From: Haliotis cracherodii
Taxonomy: Eukaryota
Assembly: GCF_022045235.1 (NCBI RefSeq)
Contig: NW_027266271.1
Location: 5,394,001 to 5,458,000, forward strand
Length of the DNA stretch: 64,000 nucleotides
Direction of reading: 5' to 3'
Shown here: one piece after another, positions 13,261-28,960 of the stretch
Layout of the letters: each line of letters opens with the position of its first letter
How positions within the stretch are numbered: position 1 is the first letter of the stretch
Notes under the pieces: model-generated
The model's input: the letters and a program-made list of their open reading frames with translations, nothing else
What the model was told of the DNA's origin: nothing
Database searches by the model: none
Position numbers and translations under genes: made by a program

Positions 13261-13345
13261 TTATTGCAACATGAGTACAAAAAGATATTGACTTTCCCTG
13301 CAGGACAAGGTCTGTTTTGAGAAATTTTTCGAGCCCTGTTTATCT

Positions 13346-14856
13346 CAGACCTGTCAACCCCTCATCATGACAATGTGGGAGATTTGACTTCAAAATGGGG
13401 GAGAATTGCCTCCAAAGGGGGAGATTTTTAAAACAGTGAAGATAAGATAATTTCCAACTTTTACTTTTAAAAATGTTACTAAGAAAACCAAATATTTTGA
13501 AACAATAAATAATCAATAAGTTTCTTATACGTACAGCTTGCTTAATTTCCGTTTGCATTTTCCTCCTCAAAAAATAACCCCAGCACAATCTACCCATATA
13601 TCTTTCGTTCAAAGATCATCTCAGATAAACGCAAATAAGATATTGAAATTTCACAATCGGTAGCTTGACCAGTTGACGACGTGTTCAATCCGACCAGTTG
13701 TCAGGCTTCGTTACGGTGCAGGTTTTCTGAGTATTTGGCGCGATATTGGTTACAAAATTCGCCAAAGAAATATCAAATGCATTTATCCTGACGCAACATC
13801 ATCGCCCTTAATTTCAATAAGATATACTGTTTTTTTCTGTCTGCGGTAGTCCATTGACAGTCCCATTACTTCCCTTCTAAAATTTCCTAGAAATGTTCAT
13901 GTTATTCCATTCCAAGAAATGTTTGCCATATTTGGAAGTACTATTACGTTTTACTATAATTTATGAATGAAATGAGTCTCGTTGTCATTGTTGACCTTTC
14001 TGACCTTGACGTATATTAATCTCATTGGTTGACTTAGTACTGTTGTATGCAAATTAGATTGCAGATCTGGAATGCAAGCAAACTTTTAGCCAATCAAATC
14101 GTGTAAAATATTCACATGATACATTCTCGCGAAATTTGACAAGTCACGATGTCAGTCAAAAGGAAATTTATAAGTTTCACTTTAAACTTTGACTTTGAAA
14201 CCCTAGCTGTGAGGAGGCCTCATCGTGTGACTCATTGTTATTTAGACTACCAAATCAACCAATCACGCATAGTGTTGTTTCTGAAGACGGCGCTCGCAGG
14301 ACATAATTTGTTTTCATTTCAAAGAGTTCAATGATGTAACTTTGAGGTATGTTCATGTTTTATCAAATTTTCTGACAAATCTGATAACCAATAAAGTCAT
14401 GTATAACTGGACCGGCCATATGTATCTACGTTCTTAAATTATGGAAGAATAAACAAGCTAAGAACATGAAGACAACAGTTCATTTCATGAAGTGATGAAT
14501 ACTTGACTAATTTTTCATTTCAAGTTCAACCCTTCAGGCACCTGTTAGGACTATCCAAGTTTTCTTAACAGTTTACTTTGTTCAATCGTTCACCATATGA
14601 ATTTAATTACCAGTTGATTACTGGACAAAGGCCCATCTAGGTCCCCCTGCAGGTGGCTGTGATAAGGGTCGCTAATCCGGGAGTCTACCGGACAGATCGG
14701 GACGCAAACTTCCGTTCATTGGGGACAATGGAGGCAAATTTTTAAAATAATGAAGAATTCTGTTTTGCGGGAGAAATAGTCCATCATGCGGGAGACTGGG
14801 AGATTTCATCAAATTGCGGCAGTCTCCCGCAAAATGCGGGAAGGTTGACAGGTCTG
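13346..14856. mobile_element. Non-autonomous TIR element, probably hAT superfamily
   Basis: Perfect 14-bp TIR CAGACCTGTCAACC / GGTTGACAGGTCTG and GGGAGA subterminal repeats at both ends. No clean TSD and no coding relic recognised. Confidence 0.7.
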
Positions 14857-16459
14857 TAATCCGGACATTATGAATGTGTTCGCATTAAATTTTTATTACA
14901 AACAAATTTAATTAACTAGTCATAAATGCATTATTTATGCTTTCATATTAATAAACAGTAGGATTAGACATTTCAAATGGTGTCTGACATGTATAGTAGC
15001 AAAGATGTTTTACAAGCTGATAATTTCCTTGATAAATGTAGGTTTCATCTATCACCACAGAATCCCCCTACTTCAGCCAAAATGTTTGGGCCTTCAGTTT
15101 TTCCACTGGGCTGACAATTTCTTAAATGTGTTGGCTCTTAAGGCTCACAGTTTATTCTGCTGAGTTAGTGAGTTATTATAGAAAAAGAATTAAGCAAATT
15201 AGTTTTACACAAAAAGAATATCAATTTTACGAACATATAATGGTCACATATGCTCCTAAATCTCACAGCACCAAAAAAAGGATGGTATTTTAATATTTAT
15301 TTTACATATAAGTATCTGACTAGGTCACCAGTTCTTGGTGTGATCTTAGTACATTCAACATTCAAGAAAGATGACACTATTCTCCCTCATACCTAATCAT
15401 GCTACAGAGGTCCAGGTGAGGTATCCAGGCAACCATGCACTTGATACCTCTAGTTAGTCCTCCTTGCAATCAGAAACCTATTCCTCCATCTCATTAAACA
15501 ATAAGCTCTTGCTTTCATCACGCTCATCAAGATAGGTCTCTTTCACATTAGCTATTTCATGCTCAGCCCTGGACTTACTTCTCAATGATGCTTTCAAAAG
15601 ACTGCTAATTCTTTGATGTCCATCAAACTCATTTCCCTGATTACACAACCATGATAATCTAATGTTCTAAGTGCCAATATTGGAAATGTCCACAAACTGT
15701 TACCCACTGGCGCTTCCTGAATATTAAATCATCAAAATTAGCCATTGTAGGAAATGACAGAATATCCACAGACTGCTTCCCCCACCAGACAAGCCAGACA
15801 CAAGGATTAGAAGCAGTAGGCTGACACTACTGAAACAGTTTCAGGAAGGATTTTTGATGCTGTCTATAACCAGGATTAGACTTATTTGAATAAATGTACA
15901 TGGCAAGACAACATGGTCCCTTAGCAGAAATGCACCAACTTACTGGGTTGAGAAATTTTCTAGATGAAAACTACTACTTCTATTTAGATACATCTAGTCC
16001 GGAGGCCATACAGAGAAGTACAGATGGGCAATGCATAGCCTGGTCCTAACAAGAGTTGCTGGTGACAACACACAGATTGTATTAGCAGATGCTGACAATG
16101 AGGTTGCAGGTTTTAGATATTCTCAAACAAATGTCCTGAGACTTGATTGGTTGAGTAGCACCATAAAAAGACATTTCAAACCCGGAAATGTCAAGTTTAC
16201 CACAATGTCAGGATTCATAACTTTCAAAACTTTTATATTGTCACAAGTGCAGGATGAGAAGTATGTTCTATTCAACAAGGTCACATGAATACAGGTAATG
16301 TATTCATCAAAAGTCAGTTCGATTCAAATTTGACAGAAAAGTCTAGTGACTTGCAGTTTGAATCTCATTTGCAACCTGATTTGAAATATTTATCTAAAGC
16401 GTATCTTATGTATGTTAGACTGATGAAATAGGCTAGATTTGAATTCAATTATACAATCT

Positions 16460-16473
16460 CCCCCCCCCCCCCC
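16460..16473. repeat. Poly(C) tract
   Basis: Direct homopolymer run. Confidence 0.9.
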
Positions 16474-17119
16474 GCTATTGAAGATTCCAACAGGCCAATT
16501 AAATCAATGTGAGTTAGTTTAGTTTAGGTTAGAGCAGATGTACAAGTTCTGTTTTAACATTTGGATAAGGAAGATGCTATTGCTAAGTCAGCTGTGACCA
16601 TCAAATGTAGAATGAGAGGAATCAGCAGAACAACAGTTGACTTAACCAACAACCAGGAACAACAGGTGCTAATGAAATGATGTCAGCCTTCCAGATTAAT
16701 TACACACCAATTAAACAACTGCCATTAGGCTGGATGTCTTGTTGATCTGAAAAACAATTGCTAAATAATAGGATGCCATAAAGTTTGGGGTTTGGTAGTT
16801 GGCAAATATTTGTTTGGCAGCTGTTGAGTACACTTGATTAAAAAGTATGCAAAAGTATTTGTCTTACTGTGTTAAGCAGGTGCAAACAGACAAAGAATAC
16901 ACCTTTACACACCATGGAGTAAAGTAGTCTACTCATGTCTTCCCGTCTGCTCCATGTCGGGGCAAGAAGGCTCCAGATAGCACTTATTGCCCTACCTCTA
17001 TATACAATACATAATATCACCAGCATCCTTCATCCTCCAAACTATCACTCTACACTGCCTAGATGGCATTTAAAGACGATCTGTTCAGAGATCTGGAATA
17101 CAAAGTGTCTGCTATCTGC

Positions 17120-17162
<43 letters not shown>
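17120..17162. repeat. (TTA)n microsatellite
   Basis: About 14 perfect trinucleotide units. Confidence 0.97.
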
Positions 17163-17163
<1 letters not shown>

Positions 17164-19654
17164 AATACATATAGTAAAAGCTCCAAATAAAATAACACAT
17201 TATTGGAATGTATAATTCCTGGTAAAATAAAAAAATAGTTTCAGATACTACTTCTTCCAACTATTATATCAAAATTCTTTTCAGTTATATTATTGGGTAT
17301 TTTAACTGAATCACGGGTAGATTGGGAGGCAACGTCTGCTTGCTAGTTCTGGCTTAGTTTAGGAGACAAATACACACAGTTATCTTAATCTCTACATACA
17401 AAACAAAGCCTAACACAGCAAGAAATACAATATAAATGGTAGGTCATCATTTCTTGCTTTTTTTTATCACACATTTCACATTTTAATTGACCAAATTTGT
17501 TATCTGCTGTTTGTGTTCACATGGACAATGCAGTCCTTGACTGGGCACAATACATGATGTAGCAATTATAGTCAAGTGCAGACTATACATGAGAAACTAT
17601 GAGTTCACCCAGCCTACATTCCATATTAGGAATAACACGGGTGTGTTTGGTAATGCAAGGGGTCCTCCACTGACCCCTAGATCAGGGTTATCACAAGGAA
17701 TGACTGTTACGCTGACAACTGCTTCAGTGAGGTGTGTAAAAGCCTCAGCAGAAGATACCAGGGAGGTATGAATGTCACTATTGACTTATTATATATAGTG
17801 CAGCAAGAGAAATGTTGTCTACATCTTATCATTAAACACATTGGAATTCCTCCTGGTTGACTATGAGTGATAACTGTTCAGATCTGGAGTGGTTGGCATG
17901 AATTATTCAGCAACATATATCAGTAATATGATGGCGTCACTGCTTTCCTCCACTGTGTCAACTAGCACCTCGCTGCAGACATGCTAACGCTTGACAGATG
18001 TAAGATGAAGTGCCGTGCTGCTGTTTCCAGGAAGTGTTTCCCATGGTTGTGACAATGACAGTAGACTTTCATGTCTTCAACTCAATCTACGTGCATCACA
18101 AGTGACTGTCAAGCATGACAACACTTACAGTTACAGGATTTCACCCTATGTTACATACCTGCAGCTGCAACTACCTTGTCTCACCAGCATCAATCAAGTG
18201 AGGCCTGTCTTGCTTTGGTAGTATGTGCAATCATATATAATGAATGCACAACAAATATATGTCAACTTAACATATATTTACACAGTATTTTATTGAGTCC
18301 CAGACGTTGAAAAACACTGGCCCAATTAGGAAAAAAAATATTCATTTAAACAGCATCATTTGGGAAGCTTCCAGACAAAGTTACAAAAACCTAAATCTGA
18401 AAGATGGTTGTGCCAAATTCCTTTCTGCGACTGTATGCTTCTGTGATGAACTGCAAAGATAAAGTTTCCACAGCACAGTGATGCCATACCATGGCTGTCT
18501 GCAGTAACATGTCACTCTTGTCATTGTTGATGTATACATAGTGCTTGTACACTAACAAATGGGACTGTTACTGCACATTTTAGGCTGACCGTCAAAATGG
18601 TTTCAACATTTTATTTTCACCATTGCAGTCATGATATTGGTAAGACAAGAGAGATGTGTACTCCGCATCATTCAATATGGCTGCTTTATTGGCCTGATTG
18701 ACATCGATCGCATCATCATTAAAAGTCAAGAGACATTCGGGTTGATGTAAAATACAACAGGTTTAAGAAGACATGTAATTTCATGTGACAACCTTAGTTC
18801 GCAGTGGAAACATGTTATCTCTCATGTCTTTCAATCGGATGCGTCCAGTAAATTATTACCATAATAAAATCAGTGTTGTTTGAATACAGGCAAGGCATTG
18901 TGTTGTAGGCACCATATCAGTGCAATCTACAACATGACTTCCTGATATTGTCGCTATTTACCACCTAGCTGTGTCAGGTGGAGTCAGTGTGTGGCCTGGA
19001 CAGCGGAACAGCGAACAGTATCAACTCTTGTCCTACATTAACCTGCCCTGATTGACAGCTCACATAGACATTATTGCCACTCAGGTCACAAGTCCAAAAT
19101 GATCAATATCTAATCACTTTAAAAAACACTCATATCAAACTGTTTCCTGCACAGCAATCCCATCTGCAGCACATCAAACATTCTGCTTTCCAATGTTTTT
19201 GTTGAGTAAATTTAATTGTAATAGAAATTATAGTGTTGAAAGTTCCAAGCCTGATATTTCTACAGGTTCAGAATCTCTATCTTTGCACTAACTCAAAATA
19301 AGATTAAAGCAGTGAGTTGGAGAATGGATAACTGTGTGTTGAAATGTAATGATTCTTGTCCATGGGCTGGGAACCCTGTCCTTGTGTTAGCATGGCTACC
19401 GCTATCAATGCTGCATGGTCCCATACCAACCCATGCACACTGTCAATATCATGGTACTTACTAACGGAGTCTTTCTAATCAATCGATGATGAACAACATG
19501 TATACTACAAGGAAATGACATTCTGGCTGCTACAATATGTATTATTCTGTCACTAGAATCATCATGTCAAGTGTTAGGCATATTGGTGGATAGAGAAGGC
19601 TGTCAGAGCATGTATCAAAACATTCATATCTCATACTGATTTTCAGTAACAAGT

Positions 19655-22600
19655 ACCCATCTTACAGTACCATCATGTCACCCATCTAACACTACCATTA
19701 TGTACCCATCTAACACTACCATCATGTCACCCATCTACCACTACCATCATGTACACATCTACCACTACCATCATGTACCCATCTAACACCCATCTAACAC
19801 TACCATCATGTACCCATCTAACACTACCATCATGTACCCATCTAACACTACCATCATGTACCCATCTAACACTACCATTATGTACACATCTAACACCCAT
19901 CTGACACTACCATCATGTACCCATCTAACACTACCATCATGTACCCATCTACCACTACCATCATGTACACATCTAACACCCATCTGACACTACCATTATG
20001 TACCCATCTGACACTACCATCATGTACACATCTACCACTACCATCATGTACCCACCTAACACCCATCTAACACTACCATCATGTACACATCTACCACTAC
20101 CATCATGTACCCATCTAACACTACCATCATGTACCCATCTAACACTACCATCATGTACCCATCTAACACTACCATCATGTCACCCATCTAACACTACCAT
20201 CATGTACCCATCTAACACTACCATCATGTACCCATCTAACACTACCATCATGTACCCATCTACCACTACCATCATGTACACATCTACCACTACCATCATG
20301 TACCCATCTAACACTACCATTATGTACCCATCTAACACTACCATCATGTACACATCTACCACTACCATCATGTACCCATCTAACACTACCATCATGTACC
20401 CATCTAACACTACCATCATGTACCCATCTAACACTACCATCATGTACCCATCTAACACTACCATCATGTCACCCATCTAACACTACCATCATGTACCCAT
20501 CTAACACTACCATCATGTACCCATCTAACACTACCATCATGTACCCATCTGACACTACCATCATGTACCCATCTAACACCCATCTGACACTACCATCATG
20601 TACCCATCTAACACTACCATCATGTACCCATCTAACACTACCATCATATCACCCATCTAACACTACCATCATGTCACCCATCTAACACTACCATCATGTA
20701 CCCATCTAACACCCATCTGACACTACCATCATGTACCCATCTAACACTACCATCATGTACCCATCTACCACTACCATCATGTACCCATCTAACACCCATC
20801 TGACACTACCATCATGTACCCATCTAACACTACCATCATGTACCCATCTAACACCCATCTGACACTACCATCATGTACCCATCTGACACTACCATCATGT
20901 ACCCATCTAACACCCATCTGACACTACCATCATGTACCCATCTAACACCCATCTGACACTACCATCATGTACCCATCTAACACCCATCTGACACTACCAT
21001 CATGTACCCATCTGACACTACCATCATGTACCCATCTAACACCCATCTGACACTACCATCATGTACCCATCTACCACTACCATCATGTACCCATCTAACA
21101 CTACAATCATGTACCCATCTAACACTACCATTATGTACCCATCTAACACCCATCTGACACTACCATCATGTACCCATCTACCACTACCATCATGTACCCA
21201 TCTAACACTACCATCATGTACCCATCTGACACTACCATCATGTACCCATCTAACACCCATCTGACACTACCATCATGTACCCATCTAACACTACCATCAT
21301 GTACCCATCTAACACTACCATCATGTACCCATCTAACACCCATCTGACACTACCATCATGTACCCATCTACCACTACCATCATGTACCCATCTAACACTA
21401 CCATCATGTACCCATCTAACACTACCATCATGTACCCATCTAACACCCATCTGACACTACCATCATGTACCCATCTACCACTACCATCATGTACCCATCT
21501 AACACTACCATCATGTACCCATCTGACACTACCATCATGTACCCATCTAACACCCATCTGACACTACCATCATGTACCCATCTAACACCCATCTGACACT
21601 ACCATCATGTACCCATCTAACACTACCATTATGTACCCATCTAACACTACCATCATGTACCCATCTGACACTACCATCATGTACCCATCTAACACCCATC
21701 TGACACTACCATCATGTACCCATCTAACACCCATCTGACACTACCATCATGTACCCATCTAACACCCATCTGACACTACCATCATGTACACATCTACCAC
21801 TACCATCATGTACCCATCTAACACCCATCTGACACTACCATCATGTACCCATCTGACACTACCATCATGTACACATCTAACACCCATCTGACACTACCAT
21901 CATGTACCCATCTAACACTACCATTATGTACCCATCTAACACTACCATCATGTACCCATCTAACACTACCATCATGTACCCATCTGACACTACCATCATG
22001 TACACATCTAACACCCATCTGACACTACCATCATGTACCCATCTAACACCCATCTGACACTACCATCATGTACCCATCTAACACTACCATCATGTACCCA
22101 TCTAACACCCATCTAACACTACCATCATGTACCCATCTAACACCCATCTGACACTACCATCATGTACCCATCTGACACTACCATCATGTACACATCTAAC
22201 ACCCATCTGACACTACCATCATGTACCCATCTAACACTACCATTATGTACCCATCTACCACTACCATCATGTACCCATCTAACACTACCATCATGTACCC
22301 ATCTAACACCCATCTGACACTACCATCATGTACCCATCTGACACTACCATCATGTACCCATCTGACACTACCATCATGTACCCATCTAACACCCATCTGA
22401 CACTACCATCATGTACCCATCTAACACTACCATTATGTACCCATCTAACACTACCATCATGTACCCATCTACCACTACCATCATGTACCCATCTAACACT
22501 ACCATTATGTACCCATCTAACACTACCATCATGTACCCATCTAACACCCATCTGACACTACCATCATGTACCCATCTAACACTACCATCATGTACCCATC

Positions 22601-25600
22601 TAACACTACCATCATGTACCCATCTGACACTACCATCATGTACCCATCTAACACCCATCTGACACTACCATCATGTACCCATCTAACACTACCATTATGT
22701 ACCCATCTAACACTACCATCATGTACACATCTACCACTACCATCATGTACCCATCTAACACTACCATTATGTACCCATCTAACACTACCATCATGTACCC
22801 ATCTAACACTACCATCATGTACCCATCTAACACTACCATCATGTACACATCTACCACTACCATCATGTACCCATCTAACACTACCATCATGTACACATCT
22901 ACCACTACCATCATGTACACATCTACCACTACCATTATGTACCCATCTAACACTACCATCATGTCACCCATCTAACACTACCATCATGTACCCATCTAAC
23001 ACTACCATCATGTACACATCTACCACTACCATCATGTACCCATCTAACACTACCATCATGTACACATCTACCACTACCATCATGTACACATCTACCACTA
23101 CCATTATGTACCCATCTAACACTACCATCATGTCACCCATCTAACACTACCATCATGTACACATCTACCACTACCATTATGTACCCATCTAACACTACCA
23201 TCATGTACCCATCTAACACTACCATCATGTACACATCTAACACTACCATCATGTACCCATCTAACACTACCATCATGTACCCATCTAACACTACCATTAT
23301 GTACCCATCTAACACTACCATCATGTACCCATCTACCACTACCATCATGTACCCATCTAACACTACCATCATGTACCCATCTAACACTACCATTATGTAC
23401 CCATCTGACACTACCATCATGTACCCATCTGACACTACCATCATGTACCCATCTAACACCCATCTAACACTACCATTATGTACCCATCTACCACTACCAT
23501 CATGTACCCATCTAACACTACCATCATGTACCCATCTAACACCCATCTGACACTACCATCATGTACCCATCTAACACTACCATCATGTACCCATCTAACA
23601 CCCATCTGACACTACCATCATGTACCCATCTACCACTACCATCATGTACCCATCTAACACCCATCTACCACTACCATTATGTACCCATCTACCACTACCA
23701 TCATGTACCCATCTAACACCCATCTAACACTACCATCATGTACCCATCTAACACTACCATCATGTACCCATCTAACACCCATCTACCACTACCATCATGT
23801 ACCCATCTAACACTACCATCATGTACCCATCTAACACTACCATCATGTACCCATCTACCACTACCATCATGGTACCCATCTAACACTACCATCATGTACC
23901 CATCTAACACTACCATCATGTACCCATCTAACACTACCATCATGTACCCATCTAACACTACCATCATGTACCCATCTAACACCCATCTGACACTACCATC
24001 ATGTACCCATCTAACACTACCATTATGTACCCATCTAACACTACCATCATGTACCCATCTGACACTACCATCATGTACCCATCTAACACCCATCTGACAC
24101 TACCATCATGTACCCATCTAACACTACCATCATGTACCCATCTAACACCCATCTGACACTACCATCATGTACCCATCTAACACTACCATTATGTACCCAT
24201 CTAACACTACCATCATGTACACATCTAACACCCATCTGACACTACCATCATGTACCCATCTAACACCCATCTGACACTACCATCATGTACCCATCTAACA
24301 CTACCATCATGTACCCATCTAACACCCATCTGACACTACCATCATGTACCCATCTAACACTACCATTATGTACCCATCTAACACTACCATCATGTACACA
24401 TCTAACACCCATCTGACACTACCATCATGTACCCATCTAACACCCATCTGACACTACCATCATGTACCCATCTAACACTACCATTATGTACCCATCTAAC
24501 ACTACCATCATGTACACATCTAACACCCATCTGACACTACCATCATGTACCCATCTAACACCCATCTGACACTACCATCATGTACCCATCTAACACTACC
24601 ATCATGTACCCATCTAACACTACCATCATGTACCCATCTACCACTACCATCATGTACCCATCTAACACCCATCTAACACTACCATTATGTACCCATCTAC
24701 CACTACCATCATGTACCCATCTAACACTACCATTATGTACCCATCTAACACTACCATCATGTACCCATCTAACACTACCATCATGTACCCATCTAACACC
24801 CATCTGACACTACCATCATGTACCCATCTAACACCCATCTGACACTACCATCATGTACCCATCTAACACTACCATTATGTACCCATCTAACACTACCATC
24901 ATGTACCCATCTAACACTACCATCATGTACCCATCTAACACCCATCTAACACTACCATCATGTACCCATCTAACACCCATCTGACACTACCATCATGTAC
25001 CCATCTAACACCCATCTGACACTACCATCATGTACACATCTAACACTACCATCATGTACCCATCTAACACTACCATCATGTACCCATCTAACACTACCAT
25101 CATGTACCCATCTAACACCCATCTAACACTACCATCATGTACCCATCTAACACCCATCTGACACTACCATCATGTACCCATCTAACACCCATCTGACACT
25201 ACCATCATGTACACATCTACCACTACCATTATGTACCCATCTAACACTACCATCATGTCACCCATCTAACACTACCATCATGTACACATCTACCACTACC
25301 ATTATGTACCCATCTAACACTACCATCATGTACCCATCTAACACTACCATCATGTACACATCTAACACTACCATCATGTACCCATCTAACACTACCATCA
25401 TGTACCCATCTAACACTACCATTATGTACCCATCTAACACTACCATCATGTACCCATCTACCACTACCATCATGTACCCATCTAACACTACCATCATGTA
25501 CCCATCTAACACTACCATCATGTACCCATCTGACACTACCATCATGTACCCATCTAACACCCATCTGACACTACCATCATGTACCCATCTAACACTACCA

Positions 25601-27725
25601 TCATGTACCCATCTAACACTACCATCATGTACCCATCTAACACCCATCTAACACTACCATCATGTACCCATCTAACACCCATCTGACACTACCATCATGT
25701 ACCCATCTAACACCCATCTGACACTACCATCATGTACACATCTACCACTACCATTATGTACCCATCTAACACTACCATCATGTCACCCATCTAACACTAC
25801 CATCATGTACACATCTACCACTACCATTATGTACCCATCTAACACTACCATCATGTACCCATCTAACACTACCATCATGTACACATCTAACACTACCATC
25901 ATGTACCCATCTACCACTACCATCATGTACCCATCTAACACTACCATCATGTACCCATCTAACACTACCATCATGTACCCATCTGACACTACCATCATGT
26001 ACCCATCTAACACCCATCTAACACTACCATCATGTACCCATCTACCACTACCATCATGTACCCATCTAACACTACCATCATGTACCCATCTAACACTACC
26101 ATCATGTACCCATCTGACACTACCATCATGTACCCATCTAACACCCATCTGACACTACCATCATGTACCCATCTAACACTACCATCATGTACACATCTAA
26201 CACCCATCTGACACTACCATCATGTACCCATCTAACACTACCATTATGTACCCATCTAACACTACCATCATGTACACATCTAACACCCATCTGACACTAC
26301 CATCATGTACCCATCTAACACCCATCTGACACTACCATCATGTACCCATCTAACACTACCATCATGTACCCATCTAACACCCATCTGACACTACCATCAT
26401 GTACCCATCTAACACTACCATTATGTACCCATCTAACACTACCATCATGTACACATCTAACACCCATCTGACACTACCATCATGTACCCATCTAACACCC
26501 ATCTGACACTACCATCATGTACCCATCTAACACTACCATTATGTACCCATCTAACACTACCATCATGTACACATCTAACACCCATCTGACACTACCATCA
26601 TGTACCCATCTAACACCCATCTGACACTACCATCATGTACCCATCTAACACTACCATCATGTACCCATCTAACACTACCATCATGTACCCATCTACCACT
26701 ACCATCATGTACCCATCTAACACCCATCTAACACTACCATTATGTACCCATCTACCACTACCATCATGTACCCATCTAACACTACCATTATGTACCCATC
26801 TAACACTACCATCATGTACCCATCTAACACTACCATCATGTACCCATCTAACACCCATCTGACACTACCATCATGTACCCATCTAACACCCATCTGACAC
26901 TACCATCATGTACCCATCTAACACTACCATTATGTACCCATCTAACACTACCATCATGTACCCATCTAACACTACCATCATGTACCCATCTAACACCCAT
27001 CTAACACTACCATCATGTACCCATCTAACACCCATCTGACACTACCATCATGTACCCATCTAACACCCATCTGACACTACCATCATGTACACATCTAACA
27101 CTACCATCATGTACCCATCTAACACTACCATCATGTACCCATCTAACACTACCATCATGTACCCATCTAACACCCATCTGACACTACCATCATGTACCCA
27201 TCTAACACTACCATCATGTACCCATCTACCACTACCATCATGTACCCATCTAACACTACCATCATGTACCCATCTAACACTACCATTATGTACCCATCTA
27301 ACACTACCATCATGTACCCATCTGGCACCCTTCTGACACTACCGTCATGTACCCATCTAACACTACCATCATGTACCCATCTACCACTACCATCATGTAC
27401 CCATCTGACACTACCATCATGTACCCATCTACCACTACCATTATGTACCCATCTACCACTACCATCATGTACCCATCTAACACTACCATCATGTACCCAT
27501 CTAACACTACCATCATGTACCCATCTGACACTACCATCATGTACCCATCTAACACCCATCTGACACTACCATCATGTACCCATCTAACACCCATCTGACA
27601 CTACCATCATGTGTCCATCTAACACTACCATCATGTACCCATCTGGCACCCTTCTGACACTACCGTCATGTACCCATCTAACACTACCATCATGTAATCA
27701 TCTAACACTACCATCATGTACCCAT
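19655..27725. repeat. ~8-kb minisatellite: 24-bp unit CATCTAACACTACCATCATGTACC interspersed with 11-bp truncated units CATCTAACACC
   Basis: Continuous periodicity with a small variant alphabet (TAA/TAC/TGA, CCC/CAC, ATC/ATT, TGTCACC) and internal block duplications. Confidence 0.98.
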
Positions 27726-28589
27726 ACGCGGAGCTCTCTATACAATCGCTGCCACCAATCAAAACTCCCAAATGTGAAAAGTGGCCCCAAACCATTACTT
27801 TCTTTGTTTGTCAATTTGAATTTCTATTTCATTAAAACTATCATCTTTAATTGATATAGTAAGAATGTAAGGGAGAAGTTGGTTGCTTTTTCCGTTAGTC
27901 TGCAATCCTGTAGCAATCTGATTATAAAACAACAAAGTAAATTCATCTGGAAAACATGGTCAGTCGTAAACCTTTTCAAACTGAAATATGATGGCATTCC
28001 CAAAGACATAAACAAAAGTATAAGCGGTACTAAATTTGGGGTTAGAGGGCACATTTCAAGATTCTTGTAATGACTTCGCCCACACTGATGGCAGCGATGT
28101 TACCGAGAGTGTAATGAAGGTGTCACGCGCTGGCAAGGAGCTTGTTGTAGGAGTTTCTAACTCACTTGATCAAGACCATTTGCCTCAATGTTCAGCTGAC
28201 ATTTGTTCTTGTCCTCAGATTACATATGGCCTCTACATATCTCACTATCTGAAAAAAGAGTCATCAGAAGATGGCCCCCATAAATTCAAAAGAACGAATC
28301 ATCTGACTGTTACCTTAAGTCCAACATGAAGAGAGAATTTCTATCTAATCTGTTTGTCCGTATACAAGAGCAGTTATTGAGCTATCAAAACTATACCATG
28401 GAATTTGGAGTAATACCGTGTCAGGTACACACCAATATGAACATAGTCAAAATCAAACTCGTTACGATGGAATTGCAAAATAGCAAAAAGCACCAGTTGA
28501 CAACATGGTCTTTGAGCGTGTAGTCTCAATAAAGAGTACCTGCTAATTTTAGAGATATGGTCCACAATGAACAGAGCGAAAGTCAAACT

Positions 28590-28960
28590 TGCTGCTATGG
28601 AAACCAGAATTTAAAAAAATAATAATTGAATTCCTAAATAGCAAAAGGCACCACTTCAGCCCCTGATTAATACATGTACCAAGTTTGGATGAAAAATCTT
28701 GAATAGCTTTTTTAATTTTGTCCTGGAAATGATACATATTTCTGTTTCAGCTAAGCCTATCTTGTTTCCATGGAAATAGGGAAAAATACAATTTTGAAAT
28801 ATTCCTAATTAGGAAAAAGGCAACACTTCAGCCCCTGGTTAATACATGTAGCAAGTTTGGATGAAAATTCTTTCACGGTTTTCTCTAGAAAAGAAATACA
28901 GACCGACAGACCAGATTATGACTATATCCCCTGCACTATATATATACCAGGACAAAAACC
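28590..28960 (-). mobile_element. HINE (DINE-1/pearl-like) fragment
   Basis: Two cores (..ATGGAAA..AAAAGGCA..CAAGTTTGGATGAAAA) similar to the cores at 12.7-13.2 kb, followed by CAGACCGACAGAC and CTATATCCCC. Confidence 0.6.

Larger units (their letters stand above)
10951..13338 (+). mobile_element. Putative decayed hAT element hosting nested insertions
   Basis: Imperfect terminal inverted pair CAGTGTTTGAAA (10951) and TTTCGAGCCCTG (ends 13338), a GGGCAAGT-like subterminal motif and an internal TTF-type zinc-finger relic. No matching 8-bp TSD, so the pairing of ends is tentative. Confidence 0.4.

Noticed and set aside
19655-27725. CRISPR-like or telomerase-like reading of the 24/11-bp array
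   Set aside because: Units are head-to-tail with no unique spacers and no cas genes. The short unit is a fixed 13-bp deletion propagated in blocks, there is no TTAGGG, and the array is interstitial.
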